Notes under the pieces: model-generated
The model's input: only the letters and a program-made list of their open reading frames with translations
Databases searched by the model: none
Told to the model about the DNA's origin: nothing
Position numbers and translations under genes: made by a program
In this document: positions 13,713-27,100 of the stretch, piece by piece
Layout: every line of letters begins with the position of its first letter
Numbering within the stretch: the first letter of the stretch is position 1
DNA from: the human T2T-CHM13v2.0 reference genome, Homo sapiens
Length of the DNA: 64,000 nt
NCBI RefSeq assembly: GCF_009914755.1
Contig: NC_060931.1
Direction: 5' to 3' (one strand)

Positions 13713-14789
13713 AATTTTGAATTTTTATAGCTTTTTGACTACTGAAAAATTAGAAAAGATCATGAGATAATTCCTGTAGAAAAAAATGTGTATTTAACAG
13801 ACAGATGGGTGAAACTATCATAGATATGCGTGGGTGCACCACCCTTAGTATAAATTAAAATAGTCTGAGCCATAGCTAGAAATTGTCCATAGGAAGAATA
13901 ATAATTTTGGATGAATAAACATTGTATTTTATTTTCAATGCAGATCATTATAAGAAAAGAACTTCTGCCTTCATTAGGATTATTTATTAATCTTGCTGAG
14001 ATGTGTCACAAAATGTTGAAATCATTGAAATCGATCACTTAAAACATCAAAGAGTACTTTTAGTAACATTGTGAGAGAGTTTAGAAGGAAAGCATGGCAA
14101 TGAAGCAAAACAATTAACGTTCAGTTTTGTATGTTTGTGTTTGTGTTTACAATCCCCGGCCTGGGTCTTTTATGAGGATGCTCTGGAAATAATTTGAACA
14201 CTCTCCTCCGCTATTATTTCAATTAGAGTTTCTCACGGTCTAAGCGCTTGATTTTTGACAATTTATTTTTTGGATGACATGTATACCTGTGCTTACTATG
14301 AAAGCCTAGGGCTGCTGGTTTTAGCTCTTTAGGTATTGTGGTATTTCCTTACCCTAGGTGTACTCTTTTAAATATCATGTGGATTTAAGTATCATAGCAA
14401 ATGGGACAAAGGAGGGAAATTTTACCTACAAGTTTCTCTCTTACTTCCTTTTTTTTAACTCATCAAGATTCACCCCGCAGGAAGGTAATTCTCTTGTACT
14501 TAGAGGTCCATCATCTGGCCTTTTTGTGGTCACTGAGAAAGCAGCATCCTATGCCATAGAGTGAAGTATTTAATGTGGATCTGGAAGAGGGAAGACCTGT
14601 AGCTAAGCAATGAAGAAAGCAAACAGCAGGCGTGTCTGTAGTTGTGGATCCCAGTGGTTGAATGGTAAAAGCTTCTTTGTGTAAATTCTCAATAGCCATT
14701 GGTTTATCAGACAGTAAGAATAAAACAGTAGAAGGAATTTGAAGTCATCTAGATGCATGCCTAATATACTACCAGATGGATGAAATATT

Positions 14790-15540
14790 GTGACTTGCTG
14801 TTGATTTAACTTGATTAATAGTGAGTTTAAATATTTTTCATGTATCTGTTGGGTGTTTGCACATTCTCTTCTGTTAATTTCTTCTTCAAAACTTTTGCCC
14901 ATTTTGTCTTGAATTTTATTTTTAAAATATTTGTCATAAATAAATTCTAGATACTAAATTATTGCCTATTACATACATTACAATATATTCTCCTGTTTTT
15001 TGCTTACATTTTAACTTCCCTTAAGGTAGTTTTTATTGTACAAAAGTCATAAATATTAATGTAGGTAAACCTGTCTTTCTATCCGTCCATTCATCCATGT
15101 TTCTTTTGGAAATTTATTTTGAAAAGATCTTTCCAATTCTAACCTTCTAGACAAATCCTTCTCTATTATAGTGCTTCTGTTTTGGCAATAAAACTTTTTT
15201 TCATTTTACATGACAGTATAAATTATATATCTTTCCAATTTTAGTTTTTCCAAATAGTTCATCAAATAGTGTCTGCATGATGTATTGAATAGACTGTCCT
15301 TCCTCACTTATTTAAAATGGCATATGTATCACCTGTTGATGATCTATACATGTATAAATGTTTATTTGTTCTTTTTTGCTAAGTCTTTGGCTGTCCTTTT
15401 ATATTTACTCTTTCACATGAATTTTAGAATTTCTGTTCTAAAATTTGTAATGTCTTTTACAATCCTATGGAAAATCTTGGTGGGGTTTTATTCAGAAATG
15501 CACTGAACTCATAGATTAATTTGAGAAATTAAGAATTGCT
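14790..15540 (-). mobile_element. Old L1M ORF2 3' fragment
   Basis: atatttttcatgtatctgttggg...ttttgcccattt...tattgaatagactgtccttcctca...catgaattttagaat. Confidence 0.7.
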
Positions 15541-17784
15541 TTTATGTATGAATCTTACTTGGAATCTCAACTGTAAGACAGATACATTTGAAACAATATT
15601 AACTGAAGGAACTAAGTTACAAAAATTCATAGAGAATTCATGAATCATAGCTGGGAATTTCTAAAGCTAGTTATAAAAGGAGATGGCAAAACATATTTAA
15701 TCTTTTATGTTTTGCTAACTGCAATTACTTAATTGACTTTTGCAAGGAGAGAAAGCAATGGAAAACTCAACTTGGAAAGAGATGAATCACTCTTTAGGCT
15801 TTAACTCCTGGATATACGGGTCTGGTCATTTGCTGACTGGATATCAAGATCCTCAAGGCAGAAAGTTTCTCAGCATCTTCTTTTTACTTCAAGAATAAGG
15901 TCTTTATTTCTGAGAAATGTGATACTTTTATTTTTTAGTTATTTAATTGTATTTATAGCATTTTAAGAGCCATACCTGTTAAAAGTCATTGAACTATGAT
16001 TAAAATAACTGCAACTATGTGCATTGTAATTACCTTCAGAAGCATTTGACAATCTTACAAGCTGAAATTACAAACCGCATGAGACACCTCATTTATTTGC
16101 TGAGTGGCTATAGCCCCAGGACTCTAGACTTTCTGGGGATGTTAAAAATACTCTCTTGGGATAATAGAAATACTAGCGCACTGGGTCAGAGAAAAATATT
16201 GGTTTTATCTTTGATGTCTGGGTGCAAAACAAAAGGTGAACAATAGCAGATAAAGGGGTATAACCTGGTTTTATCAATATTGTTGCAAACTTTCTTCCTC
16301 ATTTTTATTTTCTAGTTTGATTCCTGATCTCTAAAAGTCTATTTTCCGTCATAGGTGTAAATGTTACTTAATTCCTCCTCTCAGTGTAAATAATGCCTAA
16401 TATTTGAGCAATCAAAGTGAGCTGCAAAAATGCATTATGTAGAAAATGGAAGGTGTTTATGCTTTAATCTTCCTTTAAAATATTTTTTTCTAGGACAACA
16501 TAGTATGAGATTATGAGTAGGTGTTTAAGAACTGAGATAAAATTCATTACTTGTAATCCCCAATCTAACATTGAATGTGATGCATAGATTTTATCTAGAA
16601 AAATAAACCCTTACAAACATGCTGCATTTTTCGATATCACTGTTTTAAAGCAGGAGTTTCTAATTTGTCTAAGTATGAGGAAACATACTGAAAATGCATA
16701 AAAATGTGGTTTTACTTTTTAGCATTTTCATACCGTGAAAATATATCATGAAAAAGAACAAATGGAAGCATTGCAATATGTTAAAAATAACTTGCACATT
16801 ATTAGTAAAAACATACATACACTTAACATTTATACATATATGTAAAATGTTATACCAGTGTACAGACAATGCTTGATAATCACTTGTATTAACAGGCCAG
16901 TTGAAATAAGCTCATGGCTCCCTCGGCATCTGAACCCCACACGTTGGGAACCATTGTTATAGGGGAGTTCTTTTTGTTTCCCTTCTGTCTTTCTCCTCCT
17001 CCCAGTAACCTTCTTTTAATTAGCTTTCCTTCATGATTATCAATAATTATTTTTTGGCATAGATTATAATACTTTTAAGAGGGTGTAATTTTTGTCCAAA
17101 TAATTTTATAAAAAGTAATGAAGTCATTGAGCTGAAACACAACATATGAATTGTTAACATAGAACAATCATACCTGCTGAGGTAGTTATCCAAAGTCATT
17201 TGACAACCATCTCTTGTCTAAAAATGGTGTACAAATTAAAATATCAATTAAGTATTCACTAGGAATTATGAAAACAAAATCATCCATCTAAAGCTTTTCT
17301 ATAAAACAAACATATGCTAATTATAAGTGTGTTCTGCAGAAGACAGTTAAATAATTTTACTTTCTGAATAATTGATGCCTTAGTGGAAACAGAACAAAAC
17401 ATGTTAAAGTTTTAATCAGCCACAGGTTTACTGTGCTTGTAATCTCAAGTTTCTAGTAGCAATGTGTTGTTTAAGCTAAGTGATGTAAGACATGTGCGTA
17501 ATCATACTATGTGGTCATTTTTTCCCCCATTGAACAAGGTTTTTTTATTGTATGTTTGTGTTGCATTCAGAAGCTAATGAACTAGTCGGGATGATCAGTC
17601 ACATGTAGGTACAACCATAACAAAGGTTATAAAATGATGAATTTAAAAATGGATGCACAGACACATTTCCACTCCTAAAAAAAGCAATCCTCATCAACTT
17701 CAGCCATTACAGATCATTTTTAAGAGTGGAGTATTAGGTAAAAATTGCTGCTTCAATAAACAAAGCTAAAAATATATTAAGTCT

Positions 17785-18100
17785 GAGTAAATTATTGAGA
17801 GAATACTGTGTGCCAGATACTCTACTAAATACAAGTGAAACCACCATAACTAAGAAATAAACTTTGCCCTCAAAAAGGTGCTAGGGTGAAAAGGTATATA
17901 TGAAATAAAATCTTTACAAGAATTTTTGTTAATAGATATAATAGAGGTAGAGGCAAATTTAAATGGGATTTAGAAAGTGGAGAGAATAATGTTGTCAATG
18001 GAAGAGATGGTTAGAATGCCCCGTGGAAGTGTTAGCATGTGTCTTGAGGAGTGAGTGGAGTCTGCGAGTCAGATATAAATATAATTTATATTCCTGGAAT
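17785..18100 (-). mobile_element. L2 3' fragment
   Basis: tattgagagaatactgtgtgccagatactctactaaat...ctttgccctcaa. Confidence 0.55.
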
Positions 18101-18679
18101 GGAGTGCTTGACTGTGGGACTAGACAATTCTTGGAATAGTCTTTGAGACTCTGGATTGTTAGCTAAACATTCTTTATAATATAAACTATAAAGATTCAAA
18201 ATTACTAACAATTATTTTATACCCCCAGATCATTTATCATTCTGGTTCTTACCTCTGTTTCTCTTCATGCACAGACACAAACAAAATAATTCACACAAGA
18301 GTAACTAAACAAAGTAAAACATGATTATTCCCAATTTGGTGAAGTTAATAAAAACTGGTCTGATATTAAGGCAAGAGTTAGCTTTTAAGGATGAAAATCC
18401 TTACCAATTAATTGTCTTCTTTGAATAAGAATTGGAGAGAGGATTTGTATCTGATGTCCCATATATGTCCATTATCCTTGTTTGTATCTTGCATTTCTCC
18501 ATTTCTGAATTATCCACTTAAAAGAAAACTATCTCCAACACTATGAAAGGAAAGTCTTTTTTTGACCCTTTTACTCAAGTTTCACAAAAAAAATTGAGAG
18601 CAGGCCAGGGAACTTCACTTTTGGTTTCCTTCCACCTCTTCCTTCTAATTTCCAAGATATTGCAAGAAATAGTTCTTGT

Positions 18680-18770
18680 TTTATTAATACGGTTATTGTG
18701 AAGATTGAGATTAATCGTGATGCATTATTATGTAGAAAGCATACCCTGAAGATTAACTATTGTTGTGACA
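18680..18770 (+). mobile_element. MIR fragment
   Basis: ggttattgtgaagattgaga...atgtagaaagcat, like the MIR core and 3' region. Confidence 0.45.
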
Positions 18771-19254
18771 CTTATCTTGAGTGGAGGGAAAAAAGTTTAG
18801 AAACCTAAAGTTCATGGCTTCATCATCCTTTCCCTGTGCATCCCTTTACATCAATTAAAGATAAACGATTGACCAGCTTTAGTGATATAATAGTATGTTA
18901 TCAAGGAAACATTTCACTAGATAATTATTGTGTACATAAAAATGGAGTAGAGAAAATGGGAGAAATATGGAAAATGAGGGTATTAGGATGAGAAGCAGCA
19001 AAATACTTTGGAGATCTAGTCTAGTAGAAATATTTGTTGTGGTAGAGTGTATGTCAAATACAGAGAGAATAAATGAAAGAACTGTTGGCAAAAGACAGTT
19101 TATTTTGAAAATTTAACCTGAGTTTCTTCTCCAAAAGTGAGCAGTTTCAAGTGTGGATTATTATCAGAATATGCAGCCCAACTTTACATGGATTCATTCA
19201 AAAGTAATCTTTAAGCTATGCTGTTACTCAAATGCACTAAGTTAATAATGCAGT

Positions 19255-19510
19255 TAATTGAACAACATATATGGAGCGTTGCCTACACTTCAGGCATAGC
19301 TTAATCATTAGATACAGAAATATGAAAAAAGACAATATGTTTGCCCACATGGCACCAATAATAGTGTATATGATGCAGTTTAGGTAACAAAATAGTCATA
19401 ATTAAGTGGGACAACTTATTTAAAATATTGTACAAGATACCATATGTTCCTATGAGAAGATGCAACTATTTTCACAGGAGTGGAACCTGGAAAGTTTAAA
19501 AGAGAAGTGA
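19255..19510 (-). mobile_element. L2 3' fragment
   Basis: aacaacatatatggagcgttgcctac...gatacagaaatatgaaaaaagaca. Confidence 0.45.
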
Positions 19511-20282
19511 TAAAAAATATAATCTTTTTTTGAGAAAATTAATTTTTTGAGAAAATTAAGATTAGTTCCTCAATTTAACTCTCCTTCAGAATTTTAAACG
19601 ACTAACACTCTTTAGACTCATTTAAATGATTTTTTTTTAAGAGAGAGGAAAAAGGAATTTGTGTTTTTTTAAGGAATAAAATCATCTGATGAGGTTTTAA
19701 ATTAAGTACACAAACTGATTAAGATTTAAATTATTTTAAACTAATATTTCTTCTATAATAATGATAAAGTATAATTCTTAATCAAACTTCCAGAAGTTTC
19801 TTATGATTTACTGGAAACAAAAGAAAACCAGACAAAATAAAGATGTCTCAAAATATTGTGCTGGTAAATTGCAAACTAGAGTTGGCACTAAATACTTTAG
19901 ATTAATTTGTTTTCCTTGTTTATTCTGTAGCAATTCTGTTACTTTGGACAACAGTTGTTTTCTACATAACATTTTCCTATTTGAATGAGTTGTGAAAAAT
20001 ACATTTCCTAGTTGAAGAATCCTTGATGTGGGAAGAATTATTTCAAAAAATGAATGTTTATATTTAGCTCAGAAGATAGTGAATTGCTGAAAACTTTTAT
20101 ATTCCTTATATAAGATGCATAGAAGACAGAAAGAGTTGCAAATGTATTTATATTTAAAGTATATAAGCCTTCTTGATACACTAAACTTCAAGTGCCAAAT
20201 GTTTCAAGTATGCTATTATAAATTCTTCCTTGATATATACATATATATAGCTTCACCAAGAATCAAGGAAGAATTTATAATA

Positions 20283-20753
<471 letters not shown>

Positions 20754-20984
20754 GGTAAAGCTATATTTTATAGGCAATCATGCTTGTATTATTTTGGTGG
20801 CTTTTCTTCTTCCTCTTTGTCCTCCTTATTCCTGCTCTTCATCTTCCTCTTCCTTCCCATCTTCTTTTATTTAAACAGAAAATGAGTTTACTTACTCTGC
20901 ATCTAATAGCAATGAAATAGAACATACGTATGTGATCTCTCTATATACTAATAAATTACTAAAGACTCATAAGATATAGCAGAG

Positions 20985-21150
20985 TTGGCTCAATCATTCA
21001 CATATTAAAGGAAATTTGGGTTCTCTTCAGTATTTGATTATTACAAATAAGGCTTATATGGACATAGTTTTCCTTTTTTGTAGCATAAATATTAAAAGGT
21101 GCCATTGCTGAGTCACAAAGGATATGTTTAGTTCTAAGAATTTTTTAAAA
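20985..21150 (-). mobile_element. Old L1M 3' fragment
   Basis: ggaaatttgggttctcttcagtatttgattattacaaataaggct...attgctgagtca. Confidence 0.5.
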
Positions 21151-21201
21151 GGTTGATATTATTTTTATTGTTATTAGCTTCTTGCAATCATAAAATTGAT
21201 C

Positions 21202-21733
21202 TGTTTTAGTTTCCTTTTGCTGTTGTAACAAATTATCACAAATTTAATGGCTTAAAACAATAACAATATATTATGTTACAGTCTGAAGTCTGAAATGGGT
21301 CTCAAGAAGCTAAAATCAAGATGTTAGTAGAGTTGTGTTCCTTCTGAAAACCCTAGGTGAGATTCAATTTCCTTCCTTTTCTGTCTTCTAGAAGGCTGCT
21401 CACTCATAGATCTCTTCTGTCTTCAACACGAGCTATCACATCACTTTGACCTCTGCTTCTGTCATTATATCTCTTTCCTTGACGCTGATGCTCCTGCCTC
21501 CCTTTTACGTGGATATAAATGCTTGTGATTCCATTGAGTCCCTCCTGGATATTCCATCATAGCCTTCCTATCTCAAGATCCTTGACTTAATTTCATCCAT
21601 AGTCTAATCTACAAATATGTCCATCACAGATACAAATTGATAAATCACATCTTTTGCCGTGGAAGTTAACATACTCAGATTCTGGGAATTGGGACATGGA
21701 CATCTTTGAGGCAGCATTATTCTACCTACTACA
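21202..21733 (-). mobile_element. MLT1D-like solo LTR
   Basis: tgttttagtttccttttgctgttgtaacaaattatcacaaatttaatggcttaaaacaa...ggacatggacatctttg...ctacctactaca. Confidence 0.85.
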
Positions 21734-22699
21734 TACCTATTAGTCAGTAATAATCTTACATTCAGAATTGAAATCCAAATATATTGATGTAATAGTTCTT
21801 TTCAAAAATTATATTTAAACTAATGAATTAGTTGTTGCAATTTTAATAAACATATAGAGTTAAATACAATATAATTTCTTTAAAGGGATAGAAATCATGA
21901 AGAGATAAGTTTACCTAAAGCAACATAAATACTTTCAAATTCTCTCTCCAAATCAAAGTATAAGAGAAATAATGTTCAGCAATGTTGTGTTTTACCCACA
22001 TTTTTGAATACTTTCAGTATGGCATTAAGAAATTCAGATAGATTATATTACAACAATTTCTCTGCTTGTGAAACAAAGGCTATGCCTTGGTGATAAATTT
22101 TTCCTCATTTTTTGCACACACCATATCCCCTATTGATGAACATGGATTGGCATACCCAATTAAGACTATAATCAACTAAATATTACACAGAACAAAATTT
22201 TCCTCTTCATTTGCTTTAATTTATTCTAGTTGTAAATGCCATTGCCTTTCTTAACCACAGAATAAATCTCACTCTAGGCTCAATTACTACAGCTTAGAAT
22301 TAGATGTGAGTTGTTTTATAATTATATCAATTTTGGAGTACCATTTTAATTATCATAACTTTTGTGAAGACATTGGATCTCAGAAAATGACATACGTGAC
22401 TACATTTACATCCTCTCTGTAAAACTTAAAATTATATAAAACATTTTTTCATATTTCATTGATTTTACAATTTCAAAAAGTAAACACCTAAACAGATGTT
22501 TACTACATTTAATATAAAATCTATGCTGTGACATTAAACGTTTTCTTCCTTCAATAAAACTTATCTTTAAGAATTGTAGAATGCTCTAAATTATTTTCTT
22601 TTACTTTGCATAAGACTAAAAAATTTGATAACTTCTTGTCATTAATTTTTTCTGAAATATTCTTACTCTATACTGTTTTTTGAAGATATAGTAATTGTC

Positions 22700-22795
22700 T
22701 TTCCCTCAGTGTTCCTGGTGAGGAGTAAGTGAGATCATGTCTATAAAGGATTTAGCACTGCCTCTGGCATGTAGAAAACCATTGGTAACTCTTAG
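22700..22795 (+). mobile_element. MIR 3' fragment
   Basis: ggtgaggagtaagtgagatcatgtctataaagga...cactgcctctggcatgtag. Confidence 0.6.
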
Positions 22796-23441
22796 TGTGT
22801 GGCCTGCCTTTGATTAGATGATAAACTCTTGGGAGGCCGGCACCACAATTGTATTTTCCACAGTCATGTTGGAATGATGCAGAAACTAAATGAATCTGCA
22901 GCTACTTACTCATCCTGCCTCTGGGCAGGGTCATCTTAAAATTGTTCTTGCTGCCAAGCTTCCTATGTTCAAAGAGCCCTTGGGGAAGCAAGCTCCACGG
23001 CCCCCATTGATAATGCATTCCTCAAAGTTTTTCATAAACCCCCATCGTTGCTATTAAAATTCTATATGCCACTTACACATGTAGAAAATGATCCTCAAGT
23101 CCACTACCACATAGGTAATCACTGTGACACTGCAAGGGTATCTCATCTGGCGTTTTGCTGTGTGTGTGTGTGTGTTTTACAAAATCTGGGTCCTACTACA
23201 TGTATGGTTTCTGTCCAGCTCTTTTCAGTGAAGAGATGAACTTCTGTATCATTAAATATTTTTGAGAACATGAAAAAAAGAGAAGTCTTATAAAAAGGAA
23301 TCCAGGTTTAAAGAGGCTTGCATGTATCGTTTCAGTTAACATTATTATGAATTTACAAGTAAGTGTTACTTGATGTTATAGTTGGAAGTATAGTCACTCT
23401 ACTTAATACTACATTAATCATACCAATGGATCAACTATGAC

Positions 23442-23899
23442 TGTTATTAGTTCAGTTGTGCGTCCCCAAGTTTATATATTGAAGGCCTAACTCCCAGTAT
23501 CATAGAATATGACCTTATTTGGAGGTAGAGTCTTTACAGAGGTAGTGAAATTAAAACGAAGTCATTAGGGTGTGCCCCAATCCAATATGACATGTGTTCT
23601 TATTAAAAGGAGAAATTTTGAAGCCAATCATGCACATAAGAAGAATGCCAGATGAAATTAAAGAAGCACTTAGGAAAATGCTTTTGCAAGCCAAGGAATT
23701 CCCAGGAGTGCTAGCAGACCACCAGCAGTTAGTGGGGAGGCATGAAACAGATTCTTCCTCCCAGCTCTCAGAAAGAACCAACCCTCTTGATACCTTGATC
23801 TTGCAGTTTCAATCTCCAGTATTGTGAGACAATGCATTTATTTGTTTAGGCCATTCAGTTTATGGTACTTTGCTATGATAGCCCAGGAAAACTAATACA
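23442..23899 (+). mobile_element. MLT1C solo LTR
   Basis: gaccttatttggaggtagagtctttacaga; caagccaaggaat; ends ggaaaactaataca. Confidence 0.88.
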
Positions 23900-24102
23900 A
23901 GAACTTTGTCTTTAAATATTGTATTCCATTGATATGTTGAACTATATTATGAAGTCTGAAGGAATATTTCTCTTTAGCATCAGTTTTAAGTGTACAATAT
24001 ATTGCATTTGAATAATTTACATTTTTGGTTTCAGAAAATGTCATTGAACAAGATTTTAACAAAAATTTATAGGCTGGGCAGAGTAACTGATTGAAAGGTA
24101 GA

Positions 24103-27100
24103 CTTTTTAAACTTTAGTTTTAGGGGTGCATGCGCAAGTTTGTTATATAGGTAATTTGCATATCACAGAGGTTTGCTGTACAAATTATTTCATCACTCAG
24201 GAAATAAGCACAGTACCCAATAGGTAGGTTTTTAATCCCTACCTTCCTCTCACCTTCTACCCTCAAGTAGGCTGTGGTGTCTATTTTTCTCTTCCTGTTT
24301 TTGTGGGTATTCAAGATTAAGGTCCCACTTATCAGTGAGAACATGTGGTATTTGGTTTTCTGTTCCTGCATTAGTTCATTAGGATAATGACCTCCAGCTC
24401 CATCCATGTTGCTGCAAAGGACATGTTCTTATTATATTTTATGGTTGAGTAGTATTCCATGGTTTATATGTACACATTTTCTTTATCCAGTCTATTGTTG
24501 ATGGGCATCCAGGTTGATTCCATGTCTTTCCTATTGTGAATAGTGCTGTGATGAACATTCATGTGCATGTGTCTTTATGATATAACAATTTACATTCCTT
24601 TGGGTAAATCCTCAATAATGGAATTGCTGGTTAAATGGTACTTCCATTTTAAGTTCTTTGAGAAAACTCCAGACTACTTTCCACAGTCACTGAATTAGTT
24701 TACATTTCCACCAGCAGCGTGTAAGCGTTCCCTTTTCTCTGCAACCTTGTAAACATCTGTTATATTTTGACTTTTTAATAATAGCCTTCCAACTGGCATA
24801 AGATGGTATCTCAGTGTAGCTTTATTTGTATTTCTTTAATGATTAGTGATATTGAACTTTTTTCATATACTTGTTGGCCACACGTAAGTCTTCTGAAAAG
24901 TGTCTGTTCATGTTCTTTGCCCACTTTTTAGTGGGATTGTTTGTTTGTTGTTTGTTAATTTAAGTTCCTTACAGATGATGGATATTAGGCCTTTGTCAGA
25001 TGCATAGTTTGCAAATATTTTCTCCAATACTGTGGGTTGTCTGTTTACTCCATTGATAGTTTTTTTTGCTGTACAGAATCACTTTGATTTGATTAGGTCT
25101 CACTTGTCAATTTTTGTTTTTGCTGCAGTTGCTTTTGGTGTCTTCTCATGAAATCTTTGCCAAGGCCCATGTCCAGAATGGTGTTTCCTAGGTTATCTTT
25201 CAAGGTTTTTATAGTTTTAGGTTTCACACTTAAGTCTTGATATGGTTTGGATTTGCGTCCCCTCCCAAATCTCATGTCAAATTATAATCCCCAGTGTTGG
25301 AGAACAGGCCTGGTGGGAGGTGCTTGGCTAATGGGGGCAGATTTCCCCCTTGCTGTTCTCATGATTGTGAGTGAGTTCTCACAATATCTGGTTGTTTGGG
25401 AGTGTGCAGCACCTCCCACTTCATTATCTCTTCATCCTGTTCTAGCCATGTAGGATGTGCCTCCTTCTTCTTTGCCTTTTGGCATGATTGTAAGTTTCCT
25501 GAGGACTCCACAACCATGCTGCCTGTACAGCCTGCAGAACTGTAAGTCAATTAAACCTCTTTTCTTTATAAATTAACCAGTCTCAGCTAGTTTCTTATAG
25601 CAATGTGAGAATGGTGTGGAAGCAGCTTTGCAAGGGGCTAATGGGCAGAGGTTGGAACAGTTTGGAGAGCTCAGAAGATGACAGGAAGATGAGAGAAAGT
25701 TTTGAACTTTCTAGAGACTTGTTAAATTCTTGGGAACAAAATGCTGATAGTGATATGGATAATGAAGTCCAGGTTGAGGTGGTTTCAGATGGAGATGCGA
25801 AAACTTATTGGGAACTGGAGCAAAGGTCACTTTTGTTATGCGTTAGCAAAGAGTTTGGAGGCATTTTGCCTCTTCCCTGGAGATCTGTGGAAGTTTGAAC
25901 TTGAAAGAGATGATTTAGAGTATTTGGCAGAAGGAATTTCTAAACAGCAAAGCACTCAAGATGTGGTCTGGCTGCTTCTAACACAGTAAGTTATATGCAT
26001 GAGCAAAGAGATAATCTGAAACTGGAACTTTTTTTATATTTAAAAGGAAAGCAGAGCATAACAGTTAAGAAAATTTGCAGCCTGACAATGTAGTAGAAAA
26101 GAAAAACCCGTTTTCTGGGGATGAATTGAAGCTGGTTTCAGAAATTTGCATAAGTAATGAGGAGCTGAATGTCAGTAGCCAAAACAATGGGGAAAATGCC
26201 TCAAAGTCATTTCAGAGAACTTCATGGCAGCATCTCCCAGCACAGGCCTGGAGGCCTAGAATGGAAAGAATGGATTTGTGGGCAGAGGCGAGGGCCCTGC
26301 TTCCCTGCATGAGCTCAGGACACTGCTTCCTGCATCCCAGCTGCTCCAGCTCCAGCTGTAACTAAATGGGCCTCAGATATGTCTCAGGCCACTGCTCCAG
26401 AGGGTGTAAGCTGTATGCCTTGGTGGCTTCCATGTGGTGTTAAGCCTGTGGCTATGCAGAGGGCAAGAGTTGAGGCATGGGACCCTCTGTCGAGATTTCA
26501 GAAGATGTATGGCAATTCCTGAATATCTAAGCAGAAGTTTGCTGCTGAGGTGAAGCCCTAATGGAACCTCTACTAGGGCAGTGTGGAGAGGAAATATGGG
26601 GTTGAAACTCCCACACAGAGTTCCCTCTGGGGAATTGCCTAGAGGAGCTGTGAGAAGAGGGCCACCATCCTCCAGACCCCAGAATGGTAGATCCACCAGC
26701 AGCTTGCACTGTGTTCCTGGAAAAGCCACATGCACTCAACACCAGCCCATGAAAACAGCCGAGGGGGCTGTACCTGCAGAGTCACAGGTGTGGAGCTGCC
26801 CAATGCCTTGAAAGCCTGCCCCTTGAATCAGTGTGGACTGGATATGAGACATGGAGTCAAAGGGGATTATTTTGGAGCTTTAAGGTTTAATGATTGCCCT
26901 GCTGGGTTTTGGACTTGCATGGGGTCTTTAGCCCCTTTGTTTTGGCTGATTTCTCCCTTTTGGGACAGGGATATTGACACAGTGACTGTACCCTCATTGT
27001 ATCTTGGAAGTAACTAACTTTTTTTTTTTTATTTTACAGGCTCATAGGCAGAAGGAACTTGCCTTGTTTAAGATGAGACTTTGGACTCTGGACTTTTGAG

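Noticed and set aside
14432-14490. Possible plus-strand microexon after a pyrimidine tract
   Set aside because: Weak AAG acceptor and weak donor (GTAATT), with no other support.
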